A DNA stretch of 31,981 nucleotides, from positions 1 to 31,981 of the IMG/VR virus record IMGVR_UViG_3300017650_000022; one strand, written 5' to 3'. Shown in pieces: positions 16,311-25,460 of this stretch (the first letter of the stretch is position 1; each line of letters starts with the position of its first letter). A program made the position numbers and the translations under genes. Origin of the DNA: a virus. Lineage: Duplodnaviria; Caudoviricetes. The notes below the pieces were generated by a model. That model saw only the letters and a list, made by a program, of their open reading frames with translations, ran no database searches and was not told the DNA's origin.

Positions 16311-17798
16311 TTACCCGAACATTGATAAAATACTTGGTGATAGTGAGTTGAAGTCCTGTCCAAAGAATTCAACTATTCCCGTGAGGCAATCCTCCGCGTC
16401 ATCGTTCGCATTTTTACCTTTTGCCGAATATGAAGTCACGTGCTTATAAAACAGTGGCCATTTTTTATCCCAATCCACTGGCATATAGATCAGATTTGTT
16501 ACTTTAGCTGAATTGGTGAATATTCTCACCTGCTTGTTATCGCTCTGGTGGAACCATTCGAATTTAGTGTCGTTGTTTCCTAGCAATCTCGCTTGAGTCT
16601 CAACATTTCTGGCGAACCCTCGGCCTCCATTATTACTTTCAACCCTGACAAAATCAAGTTTATTGAAGGTAACCTGTTTAGCGGTTTCCGGCTCGGTTGT
16701 CTCCATAGCATCTTGTGTATAGTACACGTCGATAACATATGCCGCAATCTCTGTTTCCACATAAGCTATGGAGCATAGATAATCTTTTCCTTCGTCAGCG
16801 GTGTCGATATACGCCTTCCTTATTGATTTTTCGGAAGCAGGGATAACACTGTAGGTTCTGAATGCACTGTAAAGCAATCCTTCCCTTGGCTGAGGGTTCT
16901 GCATGTACTGCCTCCCAAAATTGATTGGGTTTATATTGTTCATCTTAAGGAGTTCATTAAGCGTATGCTTGAACTCCCAAAGGGCTTTACCTTCCTGTAA
17001 TGTTTGGCCTTCGTCTACTATGATGCAGGGTAGCGAAAGGACTTCCCATTCGCCCGGATAATTCTCAAGAACGTGTCCGCAAAGGTCGTTCTCGTGAAGC
17101 CTTTGCATAATTATTATAATAGGCGTATTTCGTGAGTTGACGCGGTTAACGATGGTCGAATCAAATCTGTTATTTACTTTGTTCCTTACTGTATAGCTGT
17201 CTGCGTCATCAGGTTTGATGGGGTCGTCTATGATTAGGGCGCCGCCAAAAATTCCGCCCTCGTTGTGGGGCATCATTTCGTCAAGTTCGGGGTCGAACTC
17301 ATCTCGATCCACTTGACCAGCGCCAAAACCCGTAACCTGTCCACCGGCCGCTGTTGCATAACAACCGCCTCCTTGCTCGGTATACCACTTCTTTTTTCCG
17401 TTGCTTCCGCGTTTAATCTGGACATAAGGAAAGACCTCTTGATAATATTCAGTTTGAACCAGGTCTCTTACCGCTTCCGAATTATCCAATGCTAAATCAT
17501 CGGAGTAGCTTAAATGAATGAATTTAGCGGTCGGGTCTAACGCTAGGCCATATGATATTAAAGATTTAACTGCTAGTTCCGTTTTTCCATAACGCGGAGC
17601 TATGTTGATGATTAATCTCGTAATCTCGCCTCTTATTACAGCGTCAAGTTTCTCACATATTTTTTCATGATGGGATCCGACAACGAAAGATCTGTTGTAT
17701 TGCTTTTTAAAAAAGTATTTGGTAAAGTTCATTAACGAGGTTTTGCAATGCAACTGCACTACATCGCGAACCGTCAATTCCTTTACTTCTTCTTCCAT
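16311..17798 (-). CDS. terL: Terminase large subunit
   Basis: Walker A APRYGKT, Walker B LIIDDPIK, IMQRLHE, QYMQNP, nuclease motifs IDTA and DDAED. Confidence 0.95.
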   Translation of the reverse strand: MEEEVKELTVRDVVQLHCKTSLMNFTKYFFKKQYNRSFVVGSHHEKICEKLDAVIRGEITRLIINIAPRYGKTELAVKSLISYGLALDPTAKFIHLSYSDDLALDNSEAVRDLVQTEYYQEVFPYVQIKRGSNGKKKWYTEQGGGCYATAAGGQVTGFGAGQVDRDEFDPELDEMMPHNEGGIFGGALIIDDPIKPDDADSYTVRNKVNNRFDSTIVNRVNSRNTPIIIIMQRLHENDLCGHVLENYPGEWEVLSLPCIIVDEGQTLQEGKALWEFKHTLNELLKMNNINPINFGRQYMQNPQPREGLLYSAFRTYSVIPASEKSIRKAYIDTADEGKDYLCSIAYVETEIAAYVIDVYYTQDAMETTEPETAKQVTFNKLDFVRVESNNGGRGFARNVETQARLLGNNDTKFEWFHQSDNKQVRIFTNSAKVTNLIYMPVDWDKKWPLFYKHVTSYSAKGKNANDDAEDCLTGIVEFFGQDFNSLSPSILSMFG

Positions 17799-18550
17799 TA
17801 TTCTGCTGATTGTAGTTTAGCTAAAAGAGCCTTGGCTTGGTCAGGAGTCACCTTATTGTTTAAGGTTTCTCCATTTGTAGTGACGTCAATGTTGTCTTTC
17901 ATCATTCCGTTTATTCTCGCAAGATTTGTTAATTGGGAATCGACTGAACAAAATTCGATCTGAGCGCCTTCTTTTGTCATCTTGTATGACTTTATAATAC
18001 CATTTTCTTTATCTCTTGCTAATGCTACAAGGTCTAACTCTACCTTCTCAACCATAATAGTATCTCCGTCACGCTCCCTGAAAGCCTTGGAATTCCTTCT
18101 AAGCTCAACCTGTAAACGTATTATTTTTTTTCTTCTGCTTTTCTGGGATAACTCATATTCTTCCGCTTCTTCATTGTCCATATCAACAAGAGAGGCATAT
18201 TCCTCCTCAAACGAAATTTGCTCTTCAATCTCTTTTATTATCTTAGATAGAGGAACTTTGATTGTTGGAATGTGGGGTACTTTAATGATTTTAAGGTATT
18301 TATTTACATTAGCAGAGGCTATTTTTGATATAAGCTTCTTTGTTCCGTCCGCATCTAGTTGTTCTGCTTTTAGTCTTTTTTGTATTTCTGACTTAATGTG
18401 AGGTTTAGTTAAGTTTTCATAACCTATTTCTTTTGCGGTTTTGGTGCTATATTTAGCCTCTCTGGCAGCCTGAGCAGCATTCAGACAAGCCACGTAAGCC
18501 TCGATAAACTTTTCCTCTTTGGCGGTAAACTTAACCTCTTCCATCTTCAC
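17798..18550 (-). CDS. terS: Terminase small subunit
   Basis: N-terminal HTH NAAQAAREAKYS..TAKEIGYENLTKPHI; directly upstream of TerL; ends with IDVTTNG-type tail. Confidence 0.9.
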   Translation of the reverse strand: MKMEEVKFTAKEEKFIEAYVACLNAAQAAREAKYSTKTAKEIGYENLTKPHIKSEIQKRLKAEQLDADGTKKLISKIASANVNKYLKIIKVPHIPTIKVPLSKIIKEIEEQISFEEEYASLVDMDNEEAEEYELSQKSRRKKIIRLQVELRRNSKAFRERDGDTIMVEKVELDLVALARDKENGIIKSYKMTKEGAQIEFCSVDSQLTNLARINGMMKDNIDVTTNGETLNNKVTPDQAKALLAKLQSAE

Positions 18551-18897
18551 CCCCTCCCTCCATAATTATCAACCCTATCCCTGAACTTAGCGTTACCCTT
18601 GTAATACACATAGGCACGCTGCGCAAGGCAGGTTACGGTGTTTATGTGAACATTCAGAACTAATTGTAACTGCCTAGCTACTCCGGCCTCCATTTTAAGG
18701 CATTCAAGTAATGTGAAAGGCGAGAAACGCTTAAGAACAATCCCGACAAATACTAGCCTGTCAAATTCGGTATCAAGACAATGTGCAAGTGATGGTATAA
18801 GAAATATGTCGGGATCTGCCTTAGGGTATCCCATTATCACAGAAACTTCTTCCGGATGCTTCTTTCTAAAAATGCTTGCGAGTTTAGAATCTGTCAT
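18547..18897 (-). CDS. Hypothetical protein (possible DNA-binding/late regulator)
   Basis: 116 aa helical ORF directly upstream of terS; function inferred from position only. Confidence 0.6.
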   Translation of the reverse strand: MTDSKLASIFRKKHPEEVSVIMGYPKADPDIFLIPSLAHCLDTEFDRLVFVGIVLKRFSPFTLLECLKMEAGVARQLQLVLNVHINTVTCLAQRAYVYYKGNAKFRDRVDNYGGRG

Positions 18898-19082
18898 ACC
18901 TTGTTTATTTTGATTGAAAAATGGTTTCCGTTGATTGTTGTCTGAACTCCGGCGTTGGCACCGAATTTTTCTAGATGGTAAAGGAATGACATTGGGTCGT
19001 TCGGGGCAACATCTAAAATGTTTCTTGTCTTGCCGTCCGATAGATTGGAAAAGTATTTGTAGTAATTTATCCAGGTCAGCAT
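18894..19082 (-). CDS. Hypothetical protein
   Basis: 62 aa, overlapping both neighbours. Confidence 0.6.
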   Translation of the reverse strand: MLTWINYYKYFSNLSDGKTRNILDVAPNDPMSFLYHLEKFGANAGVQTTINGNHFSIKINKV

Positions 19083-19510
19083 GATACCTCCGTCATTATT
19101 TTATCAATAATACCCTTACCCTGCTCTACACTACCAATCTTAAAAAACTTTCCTCCTTGAGCCTCATTTGCTTTTATAAAATCCTTTTGGGCATCGGATA
19201 GCTTGTCTGTGCCGATCTTAATATCGAACATGTACAATATCCCCTTATAGTGAAAAACTAGGTCTGTTACGCCCTTAAGAACTCCTATATCCTTTCTCCG
19301 CTTCATGAAAATGATATTCCTTGTCTTGCACTCGTCAATGAGTTTTGAAAGCCAATTCTGCTTTCCAATTACTCCCAGTACACGGTTCTTGAAGTAATCG
19401 TCCTGAGAAAATTCATTAGGCGTATGCCAGCAACAACCGCGTGTCTGTGGGTACTTATTCCATAGGTACACATAGAGTTCTTGCTGTATCCGATCATGAC
19501 TTTTATTCAT
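19076..19510 (-). CDS. VRR-NUC domain nuclease
   Basis: HTPNE...GVLKGVTDL...FDIK...LSDAQKDF, a PD-(D/E)XK pattern. Confidence 0.85.
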   Translation of the reverse strand: MNKSHDRIQQELYVYLWNKYPQTRGCCWHTPNEFSQDDYFKNRVLGVIGKQNWLSKLIDECKTRNIIFMKRRKDIGVLKGVTDLVFHYKGILYMFDIKIGTDKLSDAQKDFIKANEAQGGKFFKIGSVEQGKGIIDKIMTEVSC

Positions 19511-19514
19511 ACCA

Positions 19515-19546
19515 CAAATATATCATAATGATATAATATATTCAAA
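19515..19546 (-). promoter_or_regulatory. Promoter (TTTG-N20-TATATTTG) overlapped by an operator at 19519-19535
   Basis: TATATCataatGATATA; the -7 box lies 4 nt from the ATG. Confidence 0.75.
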
Positions 19547-19558
19547 CATAAAGTTTTT

Positions 19559-19979
19559 ATGACACATTGAAAAGAAGTTATGTTCTTGTTTTTCAAATAG
19601 TTAAAAAAAAATATGACACATTATGACACATTGAAAAAATTTAAGTTATTGATTATCAGTCAGATGACACTTATGACACATTGTTTCCTATATACTCCTA
19701 TACTACTTTTACACTTTACTGTTTCTTTTTTTTTATTTCCGTGTATATATACTGTTTAATGTGTCATAAGTGTCATAACATAAGTAAGTATAAGGAAATA
19801 AGCACTTTATGAATGACACATTGATTTCCTAATGTGTCATAACGTGTCATTTTTTAACATCAATGTGTCATGGAATACGCTTTATAAGCATACAAAAAAA
19901 GCTCCAAGTGAAGGAGCTTAAAAATTACACAGTTTGGAGTAAAATTTGTTTTACATTTTTTTTACGCTTAATGTGTCAC
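19559..19979. repeat. Probable replication origin: ~12 ATGACAC(ATT) iterons in both orientations
   Basis: Direct copies at 19559, 19613, 19623, 19664, 19673 and 19813. Inverted copies at 19758, 19768, 19831, 19843, 19862 and 19970. AT-rich and immediately downstream of the primase-helicase gene. Confidence 0.8.
19894..19919 (-). terminator. Intrinsic terminator after the primase-helicase gene
   Basis: mRNA AAGCTCC-N7-GGAGCTT followed by TTTTT. Confidence 0.7.
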
Positions 19980-19983
19980 TGCA

Positions 19984-22488
19984 TTAGTTAATTCTGAAAA
20001 ATCTTCCTGTCATATTCCTGTCTTCCTCATAAGTTATTTTCTTGAAATCGAAAAACAATCTTACCCATTGACACATTTTCTTTGACGACAACCACTTTTT
20101 AAATGTTTCGTTTTCCCTTATAAAAGAGTCATAAAACCAAACACGTGGAAACTCGCCTTTAGGACTATCATTATACTCCTCCATCCATTCATTCATGAAA
20201 TCGTAAAACTCCTGTGATGTTCTGTTGATCAGTTGTTTTTCGGGCAAGTGAACCAGTACCTGGGGAACAAGGCCATGTTTAAGGAATAGTGATGCGCATT
20301 CGGACATAAATCTATCGAATTTGCTCCATTCCTCTTCGTCCCACTCCTCAAAGAACATCCTTCCAAAATCGTCCCTAGGAGTAAAATCCTTAGTGTAGTG
20401 TCTGGTGAGTTCCAGTTCGAATTTCCTATCCTCATGACTGCCTCCGGTACCCTTGATTGCATAATTAGTTGTTATGGCAATTTTTGGGCTTTCCTTGAAA
20501 TTCAAGTGAAACGTTCCTTTGTTTTTCTTTTCTACGTCAATACCTTCGGTTATTACATGGAACAGTTTTTCAAAATCGAAGTCTTTACGGACGTCATCGA
20601 ACACCATTATCTTTGTGTCCAAATCAACCTTTTGGTACACAAAAGATTTCTCGAAGCTGAATGTTTTACCGTCAAAGTATACGCTGTTTTTAAAATGGCT
20701 TACTGCCTTAATCAACATACCTTTTCCTGTCCGTCCTTCAGGGTTTTCGCTTATAACCTCGTCATTGAAAATAACCGCTGGGCTGCAAGCCTGATTTTTG
20801 AAGTCATGGAGTAGGTATCCAATGGCCGTGCATATTGATCCGTATCGCTTGTTATCGCCAGCCGATACATTATAAACGAACGTTCTGAAATCGCATGGCA
20901 CATTGCTAGGTTGTTCTCTATACTCCCTTTTCAGTATCTGAGTGTCCCATATAAGCCCGTCCAATTTGTCGTATGTATTGAAGATAATATCTTTTGAGGT
21001 AATATACAGAAACCCGTTTGTATAGAAAATGTTGACTGAGTCCTTTGTGTCACGTTTGAACTGCACATTGTTCTCAGGCAACAATTCAAGGTAATCGTCT
21101 GCGAAAGTCTTTGTTACGTTCTGGGCAAAGTACTGATAAATATCAAAGCGTTTAATGGATTCAAGGTAGTCGAACACCATCTTTTTTACGTCCGCCCTGT
21201 TTATCTGTGATACAACATTATGGGTGATCTTAATTAGCATCCATTTATCAACGGACATCCGATAGCGGTATATTCCTTTAGTAAGAAGAAATTCCTTAAA
21301 CCTTCGCTTATCGATAACTATCCGGTCATCATCGTCAATAACCCAGAAGACAATCTCGTTTAATGCCTCGCTTCCTCCAAATTCCTTATTTATCTCATTT
21401 TCGTACTCGTCAATAACCCTATTGGCAACCTCATTTACCCTGTCGATGTTGGCCTCATGTTCCTGAGCTATATGGCTTAAGTCGCTTGGCTTTGGTGTGA
21501 TACCTTTATGGATGTAATTTGTTACGATAGACGATGCAATGTGATCATTTAGGCGGGCTGATTTGTTCTTTGCCTCAGCGGTATCAAACTGCGATTTATA
21601 TGTCCGGTAAACATTCTTAACGGGTTGGAGCAGGTCTTCAATTGATATGTTTGTTAAATGGGAATAGTATTCCACAACTTTTTGTCCACAATACTTTTCG
21701 GACATCCCCCTGACGTTGCACGCGCCGGCTACAATGGTAAGGAAATAATGCTTGCATCCATCTGAGAAGGTGCCATATTTGGATTCCGCCTTTTTTACGG
21801 CAAGCCTAAAACACTCATCGCTATCTTTTTCTGTGACTGTCTCATATACGGTTGTTATTCTCTTTTGCTGCGACTTATTGAACAGGTACGCTTGCGAGGG
21901 CACCGTTACAGGAACCTGGTCGTAGTCTGTTCGTATTTTAAGGTCGGGATCAAAGCTAACGTATCTAAGCCTTGAGATGTCATGAGTTCCCTTATCTATG
22001 ACAATGTTAAGGTTGTCGTACAGCTCGTCTTTAATACTGTAGAAAGTATCCTTGTGCTGCTTAGGGTCTATTTTTACGACGAAAGTAACGCCTTTACCTG
22101 ATACGGAAAGAAAGCTTGCAACTACTCCCGGTAATTCAAATATCAAATCACGAGTGTACGGCCAATCTGTTATTTCGGTATTCTCTTTAGGATCTACGTC
22201 TATATTAAGAAGCCCTGTGTGCTTGCAATTTGTGGTTTTTCTGTATTTATCTACTGTTGCGGATATTGTCAGCGCATTAAGAGTTTTGCCTTTTATCTCT
22301 TGACGCTTCTCGTGATCAGGTTCTTCCCTAATAGCTCGCACTTGTTCAAAGTATTTACCGTTCTTGATGTTGAACATTTCCGTATAGAAATCGGTTTCGT
22401 ATGGTTTCATTCCCGGAACATGTATACCTCTTTTCTTGGAAAATTGAGGTTTAAAGTATGATATTGGTATTTTTGGAAAGTCCATCAT
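19984..22488 (-). CDS. Primase-helicase (BT4734/VirE-N-like N-terminus, SF3-type P-loop C-terminus)
   Basis: HTGLLNIDVD, FLSVSGKG, DISRLRYVSFDP; Walker A EGRTGKG, Walker B MVFDD, sensor ITTNY. Confidence 0.88.
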   Translation of the reverse strand: MMDFPKIPISYFKPQFSKKRGIHVPGMKPYETDFYTEMFNIKNGKYFEQVRAIREEPDHEKRQEIKGKTLNALTISATVDKYRKTTNCKHTGLLNIDVDPKENTEITDWPYTRDLIFELPGVVASFLSVSGKGVTFVVKIDPKQHKDTFYSIKDELYDNLNIVIDKGTHDISRLRYVSFDPDLKIRTDYDQVPVTVPSQAYLFNKSQQKRITTVYETVTEKDSDECFRLAVKKAESKYGTFSDGCKHYFLTIVAGACNVRGMSEKYCGQKVVEYYSHLTNISIEDLLQPVKNVYRTYKSQFDTAEAKNKSARLNDHIASSIVTNYIHKGITPKPSDLSHIAQEHEANIDRVNEVANRVIDEYENEINKEFGGSEALNEIVFWVIDDDDRIVIDKRRFKEFLLTKGIYRYRMSVDKWMLIKITHNVVSQINRADVKKMVFDYLESIKRFDIYQYFAQNVTKTFADDYLELLPENNVQFKRDTKDSVNIFYTNGFLYITSKDIIFNTYDKLDGLIWDTQILKREYREQPSNVPCDFRTFVYNVSAGDNKRYGSICTAIGYLLHDFKNQACSPAVIFNDEVISENPEGRTGKGMLIKAVSHFKNSVYFDGKTFSFEKSFVYQKVDLDTKIMVFDDVRKDFDFEKLFHVITEGIDVEKKNKGTFHLNFKESPKIAITTNYAIKGTGGSHEDRKFELELTRHYTKDFTPRDDFGRMFFEEWDEEEWSKFDRFMSECASLFLKHGLVPQVLVHLPEKQLINRTSQEFYDFMNEWMEEYNDSPKGEFPRVWFYDSFIRENETFKKWLSSKKMCQWVRLFFDFKKITYEEDRNMTGRFFRIN

Positions 22489-23957
22489 CTTAAAGTTATA
22501 TCCATAAAATCAATTTTTTGTGCGCCTATCTGGCTTTTCTGGAAGTCTGCCCAGCTAGGTTTGTAGCCCATAGCGTTAGCGAACGCGTATAGGTATCCCG
22601 GTTGCTGCTGTTCTTTTGCTTTGGCAATCCTTGCAGCGAAACGTTGTTTACTTTTAATTTTAGCATATATAGAAAGCTCCAATGGGGTAAGCGTGGAAAC
22701 ATTTCTACCCTGTAGTGCTTCGTAATGCGATGTTACGTTTATTAGCTCCCCCTGCTCAAGTTCGCGTTGTGTCAGCGCACGTTCTGCACCACAGTATGGA
22801 CATATACGAACCATTGAAGGGATTAAAGACTGGCAGGAATCGCACATCGCCATCGACATTTCGCCCTGTTCCTCTTTCTTCTTTTTAGGTTTTGTTTTCC
22901 ATAGTGTTGAGTATGGACGGTCTTCGTAGTATATGCCGTGCCTTCGCCAATTTTCCCCATAATCATAAAAGTCGAAATGTTTCTTTACCCCCTCTATGAC
23001 ACGAGATCCTCTACCTAGAATTTGAAGGTACGTGCATGTTGACATAGTGGCCATACTCATAACTACCCGATCTATGGGCTTATAATCCCAACCTTTACTA
23101 AGCGACTTAACCGTTACTAAAATATTGCACATATCAAGCTCGGTAAATTTTGCTAAGTCATAGCTATAATTTTTGCTTTGGCTGTGTACAACGGTGGATT
23201 TGAATCCATGTCCATTCAATTCCCTGTTGAGGTTCTCGGCGTGTTTAATTGAAGCAACGAATATTGCACATTTATTGAATGAACCAGTATTTAAATCTTC
23301 CATTGTTCCATCGAACACAGTAGCCCTGTTGAATGCCGCGTTGTTGGATTTTTCGGTAAACTCTCCACTACGCATATCGAGCAAAGACATATCGCCTCTA
23401 GTCCTGGCAATATGCCTGTAATTGCATAGATGTCCGTGCTGTATTAAGTCATCTACCTGTGGACCCTCAATCAGTTCGTTGTAAATTTCAGGCAGATGTG
23501 GTGCGAACTTGAAAAAAGGAGTTGCAGTAAATCCAATGATGTAACAACCCGCTTCTTTCAAAGCATCAATCACACTACGCCCGGTGTTTATGTGGCATTC
23601 ATCAACCATAACGGTCAAACGAGATCCAAGATTTTGAAGTTGCCTTAATATAAGTGGACGTCTGGCTAATGTTTGTATCATTCCTACATATGTATTGCCT
23701 TGCATAATGTTAATGTGCTTAACATCCGCGTTTATCTCTATTCCCTGACATTCGGTGACCAGCTGTGAGTATATTTTTCGTGTTTCAGATAACACCAAAG
23801 CAGTCCTGCCCTTTGAATTTGTACGCGAAGCAATCAAGGCCATAATAAGTGACTTTCCAGCTCCTGTTGGCGCATGGGCAATTACGCATTGATTGGTTAT
23901 AAGCGCCTTGCTTGTCCTTTCAATAAGACTAAGTTGATAATCTCTTGAGGGGTGCAT
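22485..23957 (-). CDS. SF2 DEAD/DEAH helicase with a C-terminal zinc ribbon (RadD/YejH-like)
   Basis: APTGAGKS, DECH, GFTATP, QILGRGSR, CDSC/CPYC. Confidence 0.92.
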   Translation of the reverse strand: MHPSRDYQLSLIERTSKALITNQCVIAHAPTGAGKSLIMALIASRTNSKGRTALVLSETRKIYSQLVTECQGIEINADVKHINIMQGNTYVGMIQTLARRPLILRQLQNLGSRLTVMVDECHINTGRSVIDALKEAGCYIIGFTATPFFKFAPHLPEIYNELIEGPQVDDLIQHGHLCNYRHIARTRGDMSLLDMRSGEFTEKSNNAAFNRATVFDGTMEDLNTGSFNKCAIFVASIKHAENLNRELNGHGFKSTVVHSQSKNYSYDLAKFTELDMCNILVTVKSLSKGWDYKPIDRVVMSMATMSTCTYLQILGRGSRVIEGVKKHFDFYDYGENWRRHGIYYEDRPYSTLWKTKPKKKKEEQGEMSMAMCDSCQSLIPSMVRICPYCGAERALTQRELEQGELINVTSHYEALQGRNVSTLTPLELSIYAKIKSKQRFAARIAKAKEQQQPGYLYAFANAMGYKPSWADFQKSQIGAQKIDFMDITLR

Positions 23958-23968
23958 ATAAGTGGATT

Positions 23969-24055
23969 AAAAAGCCCCATGAGGCCGTCAGGCGTCCACT
24001 CCATCAGGCCTATATGGGGCTGTATGTTGTTATTGTCTAATGTGGACGGACAATA
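23969..24055 (-). ncRNA. Structured 5' leader 2: two hairpins with complementary loops, the second a terminator
   Basis: Stem TATTGTC/GACAATA with loop CGTCCAC; stem AGCCCCAT..AGGCC/GGCCT..ATGGGGCT with loop GTGGACG, followed by a U-tract. Confidence 0.6.
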
Positions 24056-24060
24056 CCCTG

Positions 24061-24086
24061 CAAATATATTATATCATTTTGATATA
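24061..24086 (-). promoter_or_regulatory. Promoter -7 box TATATTTG (24061-24068) with adjacent operator at 24070-24086
   Basis: TATATCattttGATATA. Confidence 0.7.
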
Positions 24087-24103
24087 TTTTAGGGCAAAAA
24101 AAA

Positions 24104-24454
24104 TTAATTTATCTCCCTGATCTTGCCAAACAATTTTCTGAAAGTTGCGTCCTGAGCGAGCAGTATGTGAAAAATTTCCAAATTGTATATAACAGTAGAA
24201 TGATCTCTGTTGAAAATTCTACCGATACTTTTCAAAGTAATTCCTGTGATTGACCTTATCAAGTACATAGCAGAGCATCTGGCGTAGAAACATTCTTTTT
24301 TTTGCGATTTGCTTTTGGTTTGTTCAGGTGTGATACCGTACACCTGCGAACAGACGGCTATTATTTTTTCGGTCTTTGTCATGCCTATCGGAACCTTAAG
24401 TATTACACATCTCTGAACATTCTGCTCCAAGCCAACAAAAATATACGGTGTCAT
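24104..24454 (-). CDS. Stand-alone DnaA C-terminal (domain IV) HTH protein
   Basis: ARCSAMYL...TLKSIGRIFNRDHSTVIY signature. Confidence 0.85.
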   Translation of the reverse strand: MTPYIFVGLEQNVQRCVILKVPIGMTKTEKIIAVCSQVYGITPEQTKSKSQKKECFYARCSAMYLIRSITGITLKSIGRIFNRDHSTVIYNLEIFHILLAQDATFRKLFGKIREIN

Positions 24455-24687
24455 ATCTCTACAACTAAAAATGATCTAACTGTATTAAGGCTGTTATTCC
24501 GTACTATTGTAAGCGGAAGATTGTTGTCCTTTATAACGCGTTGAGCCAACATGGACATTTCGTCGAGGTTACTTACGCGATATTCGTCGCCCTTGCTTGT
24601 TGGGCGCCTGTGACCCGTATTGAACAACTTAGCGAAAGCGTCCAGCGGCTTCACGCTTGTTCCTGTTGTAATTTCTTCTGTAAGCAT
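24451..24687 (-). CDS. Hypothetical protein
   Basis: 78 aa ORF with an ATGA overlap to the next gene. Confidence 0.6.
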   Translation of the reverse strand: MLTEEITTGTSVKPLDAFAKLFNTGHRRPTSKGDEYRVSNLDEMSMLAQRVIKDNNLPLTIVRNNSLNTVRSFLVVEI

Positions 24688-25034
24688 AGTTCTAAATTTT
24701 TTCTATCTTTTATAATTTCGTTTAGAAGCGGAAGATCTTTGATGTACTTGTGGAAAAGTATATCGAAAGTCTCCCACAATTCTGATGAGTCGTTGAAAAT
24801 AGTTTCTTCAGATTCGGTGTCGGCTATCGTAACACCAGCGTATTTGATGTCTTTAAGAACGTGTTCCGCATTTTCTACAATCCGCTTGGTACGGTTATGG
24901 ATCGTTCCAAATCCCCTTATGCCGGCCAGTCCATATTGCTGCTCGTAGTCTATCAGTTTAGCGAGAACTATGATTTTCACAGCAGATACGTGGGCGCGAT
25001 CTAATATATTTTTTCGTTGTATTGGTGATTTCAT
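24651..25034 (-). CDS. Hypothetical protein
   Basis: 127 aa ORF. Confidence 0.65.
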   Translation of the reverse strand: MKSPIQRKNILDRAHVSAVKIIVLAKLIDYEQQYGLAGIRGFGTIHNRTKRIVENAEHVLKDIKYAGVTIADTESEETIFNDSSELWETFDILFHKYIKDLPLLNEIIKDRKNLELCLQKKLQQEQA

Positions 25035-25049
25035 TATGTAAAACGTTTA

Positions 25050-25067
25050 GGGAGGGCGAACCCTCCC
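25050..25067 (-). terminator. Strong hairpin (GGGAGGG-TTCG-CCCTCCC) after the SSB-like gene
   Basis: Perfect 7-bp stem with a UUCG loop. The U-tract is weak, so it may be an mRNA stabiliser instead. Confidence 0.55.
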
Positions 25068-25072
25068 ATAAA

Positions 25073-25453
25073 TTAAAATGGAAGGTCGTCTTCCTCCCTC
25101 ACTACTCCCTCGGCTGCGGCCCCCGCATTATCGTTTCCTCCTGCTGTAAAATCCTTGATGTTTCCAAGAATTGGTGAAAGTGATTTTGCATGCTCCTTAC
25201 CGGATTCGTCCAACTCCTTCCAAATCTTGCTATCAGTTGTTTTACTGATAAAACCATTCTGACCATACACGTCTTGCTGATCTTTAACCTTTACGTTTAC
25301 TGCCATGTAAACTGCGCCATCCTTTTCGGTTAACAGGTTAGCTTCAATCGGTATAAACAACCCCTTAACCATTCCCGATTTTCCTTTTTTCTCCATAATT
25401 ACGTGCTGCAATTTGGTGAGGGCAATGCTGCCCGATAGATTTTTGTCCGCCAT
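25073..25453 (-). CDS. Putative single-stranded DNA-binding protein
   Basis: Beta-rich core, flexible linker and acidic EEDDLPF tail. Confidence 0.7.
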   Translation of the reverse strand: MADKNLSGSIALTKLQHVIMEKKGKSGMVKGLFIPIEANLLTEKDGAVYMAVNVKVKDQQDVYGQNGFISKTTDSKIWKELDESGKEHAKSLSPILGNIKDFTAGGNDNAGAAAEGVVREEDDLPF

Positions 25454-25460
25454 TTTGATT

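Noticed and set aside
16271-16372. N-terminal extension of the portal ORF
   Set aside because: It uses a TTG start overlapping the end of terL by 62 nt; ATG 16270 is more plausible.
19559-19979. Repeat cluster as a CRISPR array
   Set aside because: Repeats are only 7-12 bp, irregularly spaced and in both orientations, with no cas genes. They fit iterons.
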